From assembly GCA_030740155.1 (NCBI GenBank), contig JASLXV010000023.1, positions 1 through 64,000 on the forward strand: DNA of 64,000 nt. The letters run 5' to 3'. The notes under the pieces were generated by a model. That model did not search any database. It worked only from the letters and a program-made list of their open reading frames with translations, and was not told where the DNA came from. Of the stretch, positions 20,039-30,031 are shown piece by piece. Position 1 is the first letter of the stretch. Every line of letters begins with the position of its first letter. Position numbers and translations under genes: made by a program. The DNA comes from Dehalococcoidia bacterium (GTDB lineage: Bacteria > Chloroflexota > Dehalococcoidia > Lucifugimonadales > UBA3495).

Positions 20039-20749
20039 ATGAGGGCTGCTGGCAAATATTGGACTGGCTCGGTCCGCCCCCAGGTCGAAAAGGCCGGGGG
20101 TGTCCCCGCCCTGGCGCTCTTGGTTCTGGTTGTCCTGGTAGCTACGTCGGGGTTCCTGTACCTGCACGAATGGGGGCACGCCTTCGGTTTTTGGCTCGAC
20201 GGCCTGGCGCCCTGTGTGGGCCTGAACAGTTCGTGGCCCGCTCCGCCCAACGAAGACGTTATTACCCTGATGGGCGGCCTCTTCGGTCCGTTGCTCGGTA
20301 TGGGGCTAGGTCTGCTGTTCCTGGCGTTGCACTTCCTTCTCAGCTTCGCCAAAAAGTGGACCATGATACTCAGCGTGGCGAACCTGGTGGTACACCCCTT
20401 CTTCGTCGGCGGGTTCATCTATTCGGTCCTGATGTCCGGGCGCCCTTTCTACTGGGATGATGAGAGTACCGTTTCCTTGATGCTACCCGACACTTCGAGC
20501 ACTGCAAGTGCCCTCAACGATCTGGTTGGCGAAGTAGGCAGAAGCTTCCTGTTCGATGGCTGGTCATTGGCGGTGGTTTGGCCGGGGGCGCTGCTGCCAC
20601 TCTTCGCCCTCATTGGCCTGACGTGGTTTGGCCGGCCTCTCGGGAACCAGCGCGCGGTCACCTGGACGCTCGTGGTTGGAGCGCTCTGTTTGGCCGGCGC
20701 TGCTTTGTGGGCGGGGGTTGCCCAGTTCGGCTGGAAAATTTGCTTCTGA
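20039..20749 (+). CDS. Membrane protein with HExGH motif (putative M50-like metallopeptidase)
   Basis: LHEWGH at the end of TM1, GGLFGP, later WDD; several TM helices; start uncertain. Confidence 0.65.
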   Translation: MRAAGKYWTGSVRPQVEKAGGVPALALLVLVVLVATSGFLYLHEWGHAFGFWLDGLAPCVGLNSSWPAPPNEDVITLMGGLFGPLLGMGLGLLFLALHFLLSFAKKWTMILSVANLVVHPFFVGGFIYSVLMSGRPFYWDDESTVSLMLPDTSSTASALNDLVGEVGRSFLFDGWSLAVVWPGALLPLFALIGLTWFGRPLGNQRAVTWTLVVGALCLAGAALWAGVAQFGWKICF

Positions 20750-20810
20750 TCAGGCGCAAAGCGGGCTTCGAGGCATACACGCGGATTTCCCCACCCCCCC
20801 CATGATTAAC

Positions 20811-20851
20811 GTTGTGACACCCCTGCGCCTCGGGCGCAGGGGTGTCACAAC
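20811..20851. repeat. Perfect 19-bp-stem hairpin (terminator or REP-like)
   Basis: GTTGTGACACCCCTGCGCC-TCG-GGCGCAGGGGTGTCACAAC. Confidence 0.75.
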
Positions 20852-21015
20852 TACTCTTCCCTATGGGTGGGGCCGAGCCTTGCTCGCCGCCCTTGCCGGA
20901 TGGCGGCGTGGCCGGTAAGCTCAATAGAGCGATCGGATTCCAACGGCGATCCCACGGGAACAACGGACCCCGGATCAAGACCCGAAACAACACCTGAAAC
21001 AACAACGGAGGGAGC

Positions 21016-22683
21016 ATGGCGAGCCTTACCGGCGCCCATTTATTCATCCGGTGCCTGAAGCAAGAGGGCATCGAGAAGGTGTTCACCATCGTCGGCGACA
21101 CCATTCTGCCCCTGGTGAACGCGGCCGCCGAGGAGGGCATCGAGTTCATCGACACCCGGCACGAGGGCGCCGCCCTGCACATGGCCGACGGCTACGCGCG
21201 GATCACCGGCCGGCCCGCGGTGGGAATGTTCACCGGGGGGCCGGGGTTCTCCAACGCCATCTCGGCGCTGCCGGCCGTTTTCACCTCGGAGAGCCCCGTG
21301 ATCTTCATCGCCGGCTGCGCCGAGCTTCCGGAGAAGGGAATGACCACCTTTCAGGAGATCGACCAGACCGCCATGGCCGCGCCAGTGACCAAGGGCTCCT
21401 GGCTGATCCACGACCGGAAGCGCATCCCGGAGTTCGTGGCCACGGCCTTCCGAACGGCCATGTCCGGCCGGCCCGGCCCGGTGCACCTCACGCTGCCGAT
21501 GGACGTGCAGGAGCAGGAGATCTCCGAGGATGAGCTGCCCCGGTACCTACCCCGGGAGTACCGGAGTCAGGGCCGTTCCCAGGGAGACCCGGCCCTGATC
21601 GAGGAGGCGGCGGCCCTGCTGAGCGGGGCCAAGCGGCCGGTGATCATCGCGGGAAATCCGGCTCGTTACTCGGTGGCGGAGGAGCAATTGCAGTCTCTGG
21701 CCGAGGCCACCGGCATCCCCGTCTTTACCGTGGAGCAGGCCAGGGGATTGCTGGACGACGAGCATCCCCTGTGTTTCGGCTATGCCGATGGGGCGCTGAA
21801 TCCGCCGGCCCGCCGTTTTAGCGAGGCCGACGTGGTGCTGCTGCTGGGTAAGCGGCTGGACCACCGTTACCGCTACGGGGATATCTTCAGCCCCGCCGCC
21901 CAAATCATCCAGGCCGACCCCTCTCCGGCGGAGATCGGGCGCAACCGGGGCGTTGCCGTGGGGCTGTTGGGAGACCTGGGGGCGCTGGTGGACCAGTTGA
22001 CCGCCGCCATCAAGCCGGGCTCTCGGGACGGTATCGCGTCCTGGGTGGACCAGCTCCAGGAGGACCGGTCGGCCTGGATGCAAGAGATGCGGGACAAGGC
22101 TGGGGGCGAGCCGATGCACCCGATGGACGTGTACTCCAGAGTCGAGCATCTGATCGACCGGGACACGGTTATCGTCTTCGACGGCGGCGACTACGTGCAG
22201 TGGGGCCGCGGCTACGTCAAAGCCCGGAGGCCCGGCCACTTCATCCGGCTGGGACCGCTGAGCCACCTGGGAGCCAGCATCCCCTACGGCATGGCCGCCA
22301 AGCTGGCCTATCCCGGCAGCAAGGTGCTGGTGTTCATCGGCGACGGGGCCTTCGGCTTCTACGCCATGGAGTACGACACCTGCATGCGCCATAACCTGGC
22401 GATAACCACGGTGATGGGGAATGACCACACTTGGGGAATCGACAAGACCTTTCAGCTTGCTTACTTCAACCGGGCCGTGGCCACCGACCTTCGCTCCGTC
22501 CGGTACGACAAGCTGGTGGAGACCTTGGGGGGCTACTCGGAGTATGCCGAGACGCCGGAGGAAGTAGCCCCAGCCGTTGAAAGGGCCCTGGCTTCCGGGC
22601 GTCCCTCCCTGGTCAACGTGGCGATTCGATCCGAGCCGAGTCCCCTGGCGGCGGCAATGATCGCGAGGCGTGCCGGGCGTTAG
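21016..22683 (+). CDS. Thiamine pyrophosphate-dependent enzyme (IlvB/oxalyl-CoA decarboxylase/HACL-like)
   Basis: RHEGAALHMADGYAR, GPGFSN, FQEIDQ, GDGAFGF...GND ThDP motif. Confidence 0.93.
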   Translation: MASLTGAHLFIRCLKQEGIEKVFTIVGDTILPLVNAAAEEGIEFIDTRHEGAALHMADGYARITGRPAVGMFTGGPGFSNAISALPAVFTSESPVIFIAGCAELPEKGMTTFQEIDQTAMAAPVTKGSWLIHDRKRIPEFVATAFRTAMSGRPGPVHLTLPMDVQEQEISEDELPRYLPREYRSQGRSQGDPALIEEAAALLSGAKRPVIIAGNPARYSVAEEQLQSLAEATGIPVFTVEQARGLLDDEHPLCFGYADGALNPPARRFSEADVVLLLGKRLDHRYRYGDIFSPAAQIIQADPSPAEIGRNRGVAVGLLGDLGALVDQLTAAIKPGSRDGIASWVDQLQEDRSAWMQEMRDKAGGEPMHPMDVYSRVEHLIDRDTVIVFDGGDYVQWGRGYVKARRPGHFIRLGPLSHLGASIPYGMAAKLAYPGSKVLVFIGDGAFGFYAMEYDTCMRHNLAITTVMGNDHTWGIDKTFQLAYFNRAVATDLRSVRYDKLVETLGGYSEYAETPEEVAPAVERALASGRPSLVNVAIRSEPSPLAAAMIARRAGR

Positions 22684-22713
22684 AAGCCAGAATAATTTAT
22701 AGCTGTTCCCTGA

Positions 22714-22741
22714 GGTGGTTCGACAGGCTCAACACGAACGG
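22714..22741. repeat. TTCGACAGGCTC-type palindromic repeat, half copy
   Basis: GGTGGTTCGACAGGCTCAACACGAACGG, nearly identical to 44084-44111. Confidence 0.7.
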
Positions 22742-22834
22742 GGAAAACCCCTGAATTGGAGAGACCCGTTCGGCCATGTATCTTACATATAGACGTGACA
22801 GACCGCTTCGTCCTGGGTCTTGCGGACCGGCGGC

Positions 22835-23188
22835 TCAGCGGCTGGTGTTGATGACCGCCCGGCGGTGGGTGCCCTCTCCGAGCTTGCGGTCGCCATCGTA
22901 GGCTTCCACCCGGAAGGTCAACTTGTTGCGGTCCACCTCGGTTAGCTCCGCGTAAGCGATGATGGTGGCGCCGATGTCGGCCGGGGCCAGGTGCCGGACA
23001 TCGACATTAAAGCCGACCGAGGTCTGGCCCTCTTCCAGGAACTTGTGCACCGTCGCAATGGAGGCCAGTTCCATCAGCTCAATCATGGCCGGAGTGCTGT
23101 ACTTGTTCACGTGCCCCGCCACGTTGTGCTCGCAGACCATTGTCTGTTTCTCGCCCTTGATGCCGGGGACTATCTTCGAAGTCACCAT
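22835..23188 (-). CDS. Fluoroacetyl-CoA thioesterase (FlK)-like hotdog-fold thioesterase
   Basis: STPAMIELME, TSVGFNVDVRHLAP, GEGTHRRAVI. Confidence 0.9.
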   Translation of the reverse strand: MVTSKIVPGIKGEKQTMVCEHNVAGHVNKYSTPAMIELMELASIATVHKFLEEGQTSVGFNVDVRHLAPADIGATIIAYAELTEVDRNKLTFRVEAYDGDRKLGEGTHRRAVINTSR

Positions 23189-23344
23189 TTAGCTGCGCCT
23201 CCTGATCGGCTAGGGGTTGCGGTTTTTGTCATCATAACAGATGGCTTGGCGGCACCCACCGGGCTCGCGGGTACCCCGAGACCCTCATCAGGGAGGGCCG
23301 GCGGGAACGCTTGCGGCCGCCTCGGCTTCAGGCTTTGCCCTAAA

Positions 23345-23473
23345 ACTGTCATTCCGAGGAGAGAAGCGACGAGGAATCTGGTGCGGGGTTCCTTCATCGG
23401 AGCCTAGACCCACTACCCAGACCCCTCGCTTCACTCGGGGTGACATGCTCCAGGGTACTTTTGAGGCAAGGCC
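23345..23473. repeat. GTCATTCCGAG-type MITE/REP-like element, copy 1
   Basis: About 130 bp aligned with 52966-53095; imperfect IR ends TGTCATTCCGAG / CTCGGGGTGACA. Confidence 0.85.
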
Positions 23474-23544
23474 CCAGCTTCACGCCTGCCTGTTGAACGC
23501 GGCCCGATATTGATATAACATTCACCCCTCAGGAAGCTTCTGCT

Positions 23545-24471
23545 ATGGATACCAAGAGGGACATCCTTTCGGTGACGGACCTGTGTGCCGATGAGACCCG
23601 TGGAATTATACGCCGGGCCCGGCATCTGAAGGCGGACGTGTCAGCTCAGCCCCTCCAGGGCAAGAGCATTGCCTTGTTGTTCGAGAAACCCTCGCTGCGC
23701 ACCCGAGTCAGCTTCCAGGTGGCCATCAGCCAGTTGGGCGGCTACTCCGTCTACCTCGGCCCGGACGATGTGGGCCTTGGCGGCCGCGAGCCGGTGTCCG
23801 ACATCGCACGAGTGCTCTCCGGCTACGTGGATTGCATCGTCGCCAGGGTCTTCAACCACCAGGACCTCGTGGAATTGGCCCGGTATGCCTCCGTGCCCGT
23901 GATCAATGCCCTGTCCGACTGGGAACACCCGTGCCAAACCATGGCCGACCTGCTGACCATGGACGAACACCTGGGCGGACTGGAGGGCGTCAAACTGGCT
24001 TTCATCGGCGACGGCAACAACGTGGCCCGAAGCTTGTGCCTGGCCCTTCCGGCGATGGGCGTAGGTTTCACCATGGCCGCGCCGGAGGGATATGAATTGG
24101 ACGAGACCTCGCTCAAGCTGGCGCGCCGGCGGGCCGAGACAGCGTCGGTGGAGGTGCGAGCGGTGAGGGCCCCGGTCGAGGCAGTCACCTTCGCCGATGT
24201 GGTGTATACCGACGTGTGGGCCAGCATGGGGCAGGAAGAGGAAGCAGCACGCCGCCGGCAAGCTTTCCAGGGGTACACGGTTGACCCGGCCCTGCTGGCT
24301 CAGGCCAAGGCCGGCGCCATATTCATGCACGATATGCCGGCCCATTACGGCGAAGAGGTGCCGCCGGGAATGCTGGAGCACCCCCAGTCGGTGGCCTATC
24401 AACAGGCCCATAATCGCAAACCAGCCCACATGGCTCTCCTGGAGTTTGTCATGGGCGGAGCCGGAGCTTAG
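23545..24471 (+). CDS. argF: Ornithine carbamoyltransferase
   Basis: FEKPSLRTRVSF, HPCQ, GDGNNV, YTDVWASMG, HDMPA. Confidence 0.96.
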   Translation: MDTKRDILSVTDLCADETRGIIRRARHLKADVSAQPLQGKSIALLFEKPSLRTRVSFQVAISQLGGYSVYLGPDDVGLGGREPVSDIARVLSGYVDCIVARVFNHQDLVELARYASVPVINALSDWEHPCQTMADLLTMDEHLGGLEGVKLAFIGDGNNVARSLCLALPAMGVGFTMAAPEGYELDETSLKLARRRAETASVEVRAVRAPVEAVTFADVVYTDVWASMGQEEEAARRRQAFQGYTVDPALLAQAKAGAIFMHDMPAHYGEEVPPGMLEHPQSVAYQQAHNRKPAHMALLEFVMGGAGA

Positions 24472-24473
24472 TC

Positions 24474-25817
24474 GTGAACGTCCCTATCGTGGCCATCGTC
24501 GGACGGCCCAACGTCGGCAAGTCGTCTCTATTCAACCGGATTCTTGGCCGCCGCCAGGCCATCGTATCGGAGGTGGCCGGAACCACGCGTGACCGGTTGC
24601 TGGCCGAGGCCCAATGGGATGACTATCGCTTCATCCTGGTGGATACGGGGGGCCTGGAAACGAACCCGGAGGGGACCATCCGGGAAAAGGTCCAGGAGCA
24701 GGCGGACATGGCCGTGGCCTCGGCCGACGTGATCATTTTCATGACCGACGTGGCCGACGGCCTGACCCCGGCCGATCAGGTGGCGGCCGACCGGCTCCGG
24801 CGCACCCAAAAGCCCGTGATATTGGCGGTCAACAAGGTGGACAACGACGCCCGGGAATTCACCGCGTCGGAGTTCTACCAGATAGGGATGGGCGAGCCGT
24901 CGCTGATCAGCGCCTACCACAATTACGGTATTTACGAGTTGATGGACCTGGTCCTGGCCAATCTGCCCTACCAGCCCGAGGCGCCGGATGAGGCGGAAGA
25001 GACGGAAATGCCATCGCCGGCCACGCTGAAGCTGGCCATCGTGGGACGGACCAATGTTGGCAAGTCCATGCTGCTGAACTCCATCCTGGGGCAGGAGCGG
25101 TCCATCGTCAGCCAGGTAGCGGGAACCACACGGGACGCCGTGGACACCAACTTGAACTACCGGGGCAACGACATCGTGTTGATCGATACCGCCGGCATCC
25201 GCCGGCCCGGACGCGTCGGGCGCGGCATCGAAAAATACAGTGTAATCCGGGCCGTGAGTGCGGTGAATCGCAGCGATATCACGCTGCTGGTGGTCGACGC
25301 CACCGAACTGGCCACGGCCCAGGACGCCCACATATCCGGGCTGGCCTGGGATGTGTGCCGGGGTCTCATCGTGGTGATCAACAAATGGGACCTGATGGAG
25401 GAAGAGGGCTCGCTGGAGCGGGAACGCGCCCTGTTCCGCGTGCGGGAACGGCTCCATTTCATGCCCTATGTCCCCATCTGCTTCACCTCCGCGCTGCACG
25501 GGACCGGTATCCCCGGGCTGTTGCGGACCGCCCTGGACCTGTGGCAGGAGAGGCTCCGGTTGATCCCAATCCGCCAGTTGCAGTACGTCCTGGCCGACGC
25601 TCTCGCCGCCCACTCGCCCCCCACGGTGAAAGGACACGGGCGCAAGAGGCTGCGCATCAACCGTTTGCGGCAGGTTGATGTGAATCCGCCGACGTTCCTC
25701 TTTACAGTGGATAACCCGCAACTGGTACACTTCTCGTATCAACGCTACCTGGAGAATCAGTTGCGGACCAATTTTGGCTTCGACCACACTCATCTGAGGC
25801 TGGTGTTCAAGAAATGA
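24474..25817 (+). CDS. der: Ribosome biogenesis GTPase Der
   Basis: Two G-domains GRPNVGKS / GRTNVGKS, DTGG/DTAG, C-terminal SYQRYLENQLR. Confidence 0.98.
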   Translation: MNVPIVAIVGRPNVGKSSLFNRILGRRQAIVSEVAGTTRDRLLAEAQWDDYRFILVDTGGLETNPEGTIREKVQEQADMAVASADVIIFMTDVADGLTPADQVAADRLRRTQKPVILAVNKVDNDAREFTASEFYQIGMGEPSLISAYHNYGIYELMDLVLANLPYQPEAPDEAEETEMPSPATLKLAIVGRTNVGKSMLLNSILGQERSIVSQVAGTTRDAVDTNLNYRGNDIVLIDTAGIRRPGRVGRGIEKYSVIRAVSAVNRSDITLLVVDATELATAQDAHISGLAWDVCRGLIVVINKWDLMEEEGSLERERALFRVRERLHFMPYVPICFTSALHGTGIPGLLRTALDLWQERLRLIPIRQLQYVLADALAAHSPPTVKGHGRKRLRINRLRQVDVNPPTFLFTVDNPQLVHFSYQRYLENQLRTNFGFDHTHLRLVFKK

Positions 25818-26536
25818 TGCGAAGGCCGTTGCCCCCGCTGTTGTTCGTCTCGGTGGTGCTGCCCCTGCTGACCGCTTTCGTGGTCGTGGCGTTCCTGACT
25901 TTGGAAGACGCGCCCGTGGCGGCCCAGTATGCCTCGGTGCTGGTCCTCTCGTATCTTCTTGGCTCGATCCCCTGGGGCTACCTCCTGCTCTTCATGACGC
26001 GTGGGGTCGACGTCCGAGAATACGGAAGCGGCCGCACCGGGATGACCAACGTACTTCGCACCGGTGGAGGCAAGCTTGCCGTCGTGGTCCTGGCGCTGGA
26101 CCTGGGCAAAGGAATATTGGCGGTGCTGCTGGCCCGGGAAGTGATCGGCCCGAACGAGGCCGAAGTGGCGGCCGGCCTGTGCGTGTTGGTGGGCCACAAC
26201 TGGCCTGTGTTCCTTCAGTTCCGCGGCGGCCGGGGCATCTTGACCGGCCTGGGGGGCCTGTCGATCATGGCCCCGATCCCGGCGGTTTTCGCGGCGGTGG
26301 CCTTTGTCTTCGCGACACTGTTCAGCCGGTACGTGTCCCTCGGTTCCATAACCGGAGTGGTCATCGCCTTTCTCTCGGTGCTGGCGATGACCCTGGCGGG
26401 GGTGTACTCCACTACCTACACCCTCTACGTGTCCCTGGGCGGGGCCATTATCATCTGGCAGCACCGGGACAACATCCGGCGGATACGCCAGGGCAATGAG
26501 CGGCGCTTGGGTCAGCCGGCTGATAAGCTTGTCTGA
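25814..26536 (+). CDS. plsY: Glycerol-3-phosphate acyltransferase PlsY
   Basis: YLLGSIP, GSGRTGMTNVLR, GHNWPVFLQFRGGRG, HRDNIRRI. Confidence 0.96.
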   Translation: MMRRPLPPLLFVSVVLPLLTAFVVVAFLTLEDAPVAAQYASVLVLSYLLGSIPWGYLLLFMTRGVDVREYGSGRTGMTNVLRTGGGKLAVVVLALDLGKGILAVLLAREVIGPNEAEVAAGLCVLVGHNWPVFLQFRGGRGILTGLGGLSIMAPIPAVFAAVAFVFATLFSRYVSLGSITGVVIAFLSVLAMTLAGVYSTTYTLYVSLGGAIIIWQHRDNIRRIRQGNERRLGQPADKLV

Positions 26537-26557
26537 CCGTCGAGCAGACCTCAGGTT

Positions 26558-26589
26558 ACATAGGGGCGATTCGCGAATCGCCCCTATGT
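26558..26589. repeat. GTAG-type REP-like perfect palindrome (32 bp)
   Basis: ACATAGGGGCGATTCG|CGAATCGCCCCTATGT. Confidence 0.8.
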
Positions 26590-26616
26590 CTGCGTGAGAG
26601 AATAGGGGATCAAGCG

Positions 26617-27621
26617 TTGGAAGAGAGGGTAGCGGTAGTCGGCTCCACCACTTGGGGCACCACCTTGGGCATTATCCTGGCGCGGAAGAACATCCCGGTA
26701 AGGTTGTGGGCCCGCACTTCGGAGGAGGCCGCCGAGCTTGAAGCCAAGCGCCGAAACACCCGCTTCCTTCCGGACATCGCCTTCCCCGATGGCCTCAGCG
26801 TTACCAGCGACGTTCAGGACGCGGTAGCCCCAGCCGGGCTGGTCATCGTCGGCGTGCCCTCCGACCGGCTACGGCAGAACGTTCGAAACATACGCGACGC
26901 CATCACACCTGGAACTATCATCCTGAGCGCGACCAAGGGCCTGGAGTTGCCGGCGGGTCAAAGGATGAGCCAGGTCCTGAAAGAGGAGCTTCCCCCTCAC
27001 CTGCACCCCGGCATCTGCGTGCTGTCCGGCCCCAATCTGGCCAAGGAAATAATCCAGGGGAAGCCGGCGTCCACCGTGATCGCCGGAGAGGACTCGGCCG
27101 TCGTCAAGCAGGCCCAGGCCATCCTCATGTCCCGCTATTTCCGAGTCTACACCAGCCGGGACGTCGTCGGGGTGGAACTCGGCGGAGCGCTGAAGAACAT
27201 CATCGCCCTGGGGGCCGGCATGGTCGACGGCATGGAGGTGGGTGAAAACGCCAAGTCGGCCTTCATCACCCGGGGGCTGGCCGAGATCACCCGCCTGGGG
27301 CTTGCCGCCGGCGCCGAACCCCTCACCCTCGCCGGACTGGCCGGGCTTGGCGACCTGATCGCCACCTGCTCCAGCCCGCTGAGCCGCAACCGCCACGTGG
27401 GGGACCAGCTGGCCCGGGGCAAGACCTGGCCGGAGATTCAACGGGCCATGGACAACGTGGCCGAAGGGGTCAATTCCACCGGCGCGGCGCTGGCCATGGC
27501 CAGCCATTTGGGCGTGGAGATGCCCATTGCCCTGGCCATCAACCGAATCCTCTTCGAAGGGTTGTCACCCCAAGAAGCCGCCACCGAGCTGATGGAGCGC
27601 CCGCCCCGCTCTGAGTGGTAG
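26617..27621 (+). CDS. gpsA: NAD(P)H-dependent glycerol-3-phosphate dehydrogenase
   Basis: SGPNLAKEI, GVELGGALKN, GLAGLGDLIATCSSPLSRN. Confidence 0.97.
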   Translation: MEERVAVVGSTTWGTTLGIILARKNIPVRLWARTSEEAAELEAKRRNTRFLPDIAFPDGLSVTSDVQDAVAPAGLVIVGVPSDRLRQNVRNIRDAITPGTIILSATKGLELPAGQRMSQVLKEELPPHLHPGICVLSGPNLAKEIIQGKPASTVIAGEDSAVVKQAQAILMSRYFRVYTSRDVVGVELGGALKNIIALGAGMVDGMEVGENAKSAFITRGLAEITRLGLAAGAEPLTLAGLAGLGDLIATCSSPLSRNRHVGDQLARGKTWPEIQRAMDNVAEGVNSTGAALAMASHLGVEMPIALAINRILFEGLSPQEAATELMERPPRSEW

Positions 27622-27636
27622 GCCGCTCCGCTTCGC

Positions 27637-28008
27637 CTAACGCAGCTCGCCGCGGCGGAGGGACGGCGCCCGCTCCAACAGCCACCGGGCCGCCGCCACG
27701 CGGTGACACGGCTGGCCCGCCGGCTCGAAGCACAACAGCGTAAACTTCCCTAATCCGGGCGACTCGTCGACCCATTCCCGGAATTTGTCCAGGTCGTGGT
27801 AGTCCGTGTCCAATCCCCGGCGGAACTCGCGGGAAAAAGCGGCAAAATCGATCTCTCCGCTCCGGTAGGCCAGAAGCAACTCCTGCCGGGGGTACAGGAA
27901 TGGGAGCGTTTCCCACTGGACCCGCTTGCCGCGGGGATGCCTCCGAGACACCCGGTAGAGGCGGCCCTCCCAGTCATCGGGAGCGTAATAGCTGGCGGTG
28001 TACAGCAT
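27637..28008 (-). CDS. DUF488-like hypothetical protein
   Basis: YTASY N-terminus, TLLCFE...CHR motif. Confidence 0.75.
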   Translation of the reverse strand: MLYTASYYAPDDWEGRLYRVSRRHPRGKRVQWETLPFLYPRQELLLAYRSGEIDFAAFSREFRRGLDTDYHDLDKFREWVDESPGLGKFTLLCFEPAGQPCHRVAAARWLLERAPSLRRGELR

Positions 28009-28014
28009 GGGCGG

Positions 28015-29061
28015 CTATCGGTCTTCGACACTGCCAGGTTGGACTAGGGGACGGCCGGTCCCGGAACTCCGGCGGCGGAAGGCCTGGCGTAGCACGAACA
28101 CCAGCGCGCCCAGGGCGATGATGCTGGCGTAGCTGATGGCTCGGTCCACCAGCACCATCGCCACGGCGGCGCTGCTCGCCAGGCTGGACAGACGCACGGC
28201 CAGACCGGAGACCCCCGATTCCACCGCCCCGAGTCCTCCAGGGGTTGGGAACAGGGTCAGCAGGGAGTTGGCCAGGGTCAGGAAAACGATCACGGCCAAC
28301 CCCAGGTCCAGATCCAGGGCCTGGACCACCAGGTACAATCGCCCCACCTCGGCCAGCCAGCCCAGCAGGCCCAGGACGGTGGCCGGCAGGACCCGGCGGA
28401 AGCTGCCCATGGTGCCTTCCTGGAAACGGCGGTAATGCTCGGACAGCCGGTCCGGCAGCTTTCTCAGGGTCCACTCCCTGGCCCAGGTCATCGCCGCCAA
28501 CACAAAGGCCAGCAGGAATACCAGGACGACGGCCAGCCCCAGCACTGCCCAGGCGGCCCGTCCGGTGTCACTGACCAGAAAGGGCACCGCCGCCGCCAGC
28601 ATCAGAACAACCAGGATGGCGTCCAGCGTCCGTTCCGCCAGGATGGTGCCGATGGTGCGGGGAAAAGATGCGCCTTGCTCGTCTCGGTGCAAATAGGCGC
28701 GGTAGGCGTCGCCCAGGCGTAACCACCCCACCGCATTGGCGAACCAGCCAAGCAGCAACAGTTGGCTGCAGTAGAGCACGCCGGGAACCGGCGCGTCGTC
28801 GCCCTGAGTGTTGCGGAGAAGGAGCCGCCACCGGGCTCCTCGTAAAATGAAGGTCGAGTAGTGAACCAGAAAGGCCAGGGCCAGGTACCAGGGATTGCCC
28901 CCTCTAACCTGCTCCCAGGTTGCCCCCACGTCGACGTCGAAGCGGGTGGCGACGAAAACCAGGAAGGCCCCGGCCAGCGCCAGGGAGATCAGGGTGGGGA
29001 AGGAAAAAAACCGTCGCTTTAGATTGGTCGATTCTCCAGGGTTGCCGCCGGAGGGGGCCAT
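28015..29061 (-). CDS. Lysylphosphatidylglycerol synthase TM / UPF0104 flippase-like protein
   Basis: RGARW, RLGDAYRAY, ERTLD, PTPGGLGAVE motifs. Confidence 0.9.
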   Translation of the reverse strand: MAPSGGNPGESTNLKRRFFSFPTLISLALAGAFLVFVATRFDVDVGATWEQVRGGNPWYLALAFLVHYSTFILRGARWRLLLRNTQGDDAPVPGVLYCSQLLLLGWFANAVGWLRLGDAYRAYLHRDEQGASFPRTIGTILAERTLDAILVVLMLAAAVPFLVSDTGRAAWAVLGLAVVLVFLLAFVLAAMTWAREWTLRKLPDRLSEHYRRFQEGTMGSFRRVLPATVLGLLGWLAEVGRLYLVVQALDLDLGLAVIVFLTLANSLLTLFPTPGGLGAVESGVSGLAVRLSSLASSAAVAMVLVDRAISYASIIALGALVFVLRQAFRRRSSGTGRPLVQPGSVEDR

Positions 29062-29101
29062 TAATCCTCGGTTGAGCCCGCCGGGCAGGACTGGGCCATT
29101 T

Positions 29102-30001
29102 CTAGCGCAGCTCCTTCGGCAGGGTGAAGGCGACATCTTCGTCGACACCATCGAGCTGGATTACCACCTCCGGCGCCAGCGCCCGGATAACGCTCTCCAC
29201 CAGCACCTCGGGGGTTGAGGCTCCCGAGGTAATGCCCACGTTTTCCTTTCCTTCCAGCCAGGCCGGGTCCAACTCCTCCGGCCCCATGATCAGGTATGAC
29301 GGGACGCCCTGGGCTTCGGCGACCTCCCGGAGACGGTTGCAGTTGGAGCTGTTCTCGGCGCCGATAACCAGGACAACCTCCACCAGTTCCGCCATCCTGG
29401 TCACCGCCATCTGCCGGTTGGTGGTGGCGTAGCAAATGTCGCTGCGGACCACGGCGTCATGAAACCGGTTCCGGATTGCATCGATGGCCTGGGCCGTGTC
29501 CCGGACCGAGAGCGTGGTCTGGGTCAACACGGCCACCCGTTCTTCCGGAGGCCAATCCGGGGGCTGGCTTTCCGATTCATCATTGATCAGGGTCATCTCC
29601 ACCTGGCCCATGGTCCCCCGCACTTCCTGATGGCCCCGGTGCCCCACCAGCAGGACCTTCCTTCCTTCCTGGTGGTACTTCTTGGCCTCGTTGTGGACCC
29701 GGGTCACCAGAGGGCACACGGCGTCGATTACCCGCAAGCCGCGCTCTTTGGCCTTTTCGAAGTCTTCGGGCGGGGAGCCGTGGGCGGAGAACACTACCCG
29801 GGAGCCGCGAGGTATCTCATCGACGGTCTCGACGGTAATCGCCCCTTTCCGCTCCAGATCGGCGACCACATAGGGGTTGTGGACGATCTGGTGTTTGACG
29901 TAGACGGGCGGGCCGTACTTGCGGAGGCAGATCTCCACGACATCGATCGACCGCACCACCCCGGCGCAGAACCCCCGGGGAGAGCTGAGGGTCACTTTCA
30001 C
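29102..30001 (-). CDS. ispH: 4-hydroxy-3-methylbut-2-enyl diphosphate reductase
   Basis: PRGFCAGV, IVHN, FSAHG, CPLV, ICYATTNRQ, SGASTP. Confidence 0.98.
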   Translation of the reverse strand: MKVTLSSPRGFCAGVVRSIDVVEICLRKYGPPVYVKHQIVHNPYVVADLERKGAITVETVDEIPRGSRVVFSAHGSPPEDFEKAKERGLRVIDAVCPLVTRVHNEAKKYHQEGRKVLLVGHRGHQEVRGTMGQVEMTLINDESESQPPDWPPEERVAVLTQTTLSVRDTAQAIDAIRNRFHDAVVRSDICYATTNRQMAVTRMAELVEVVLVIGAENSSNCNRLREVAEAQGVPSYLIMGPEELDPAWLEGKENVGITSGASTPEVLVESVIRALAPEVVIQLDGVDEDVAFTLPKELR

Positions 30002-30031
30002 TGGGCCACTCCTAATGCAGTCAGCCGTCGG

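Noticed and set aside
20860..21010. TPP riboswitch before the ThDP enzyme
   Set aside because: The conserved CUGAGA and ACCUGAU core elements are not found
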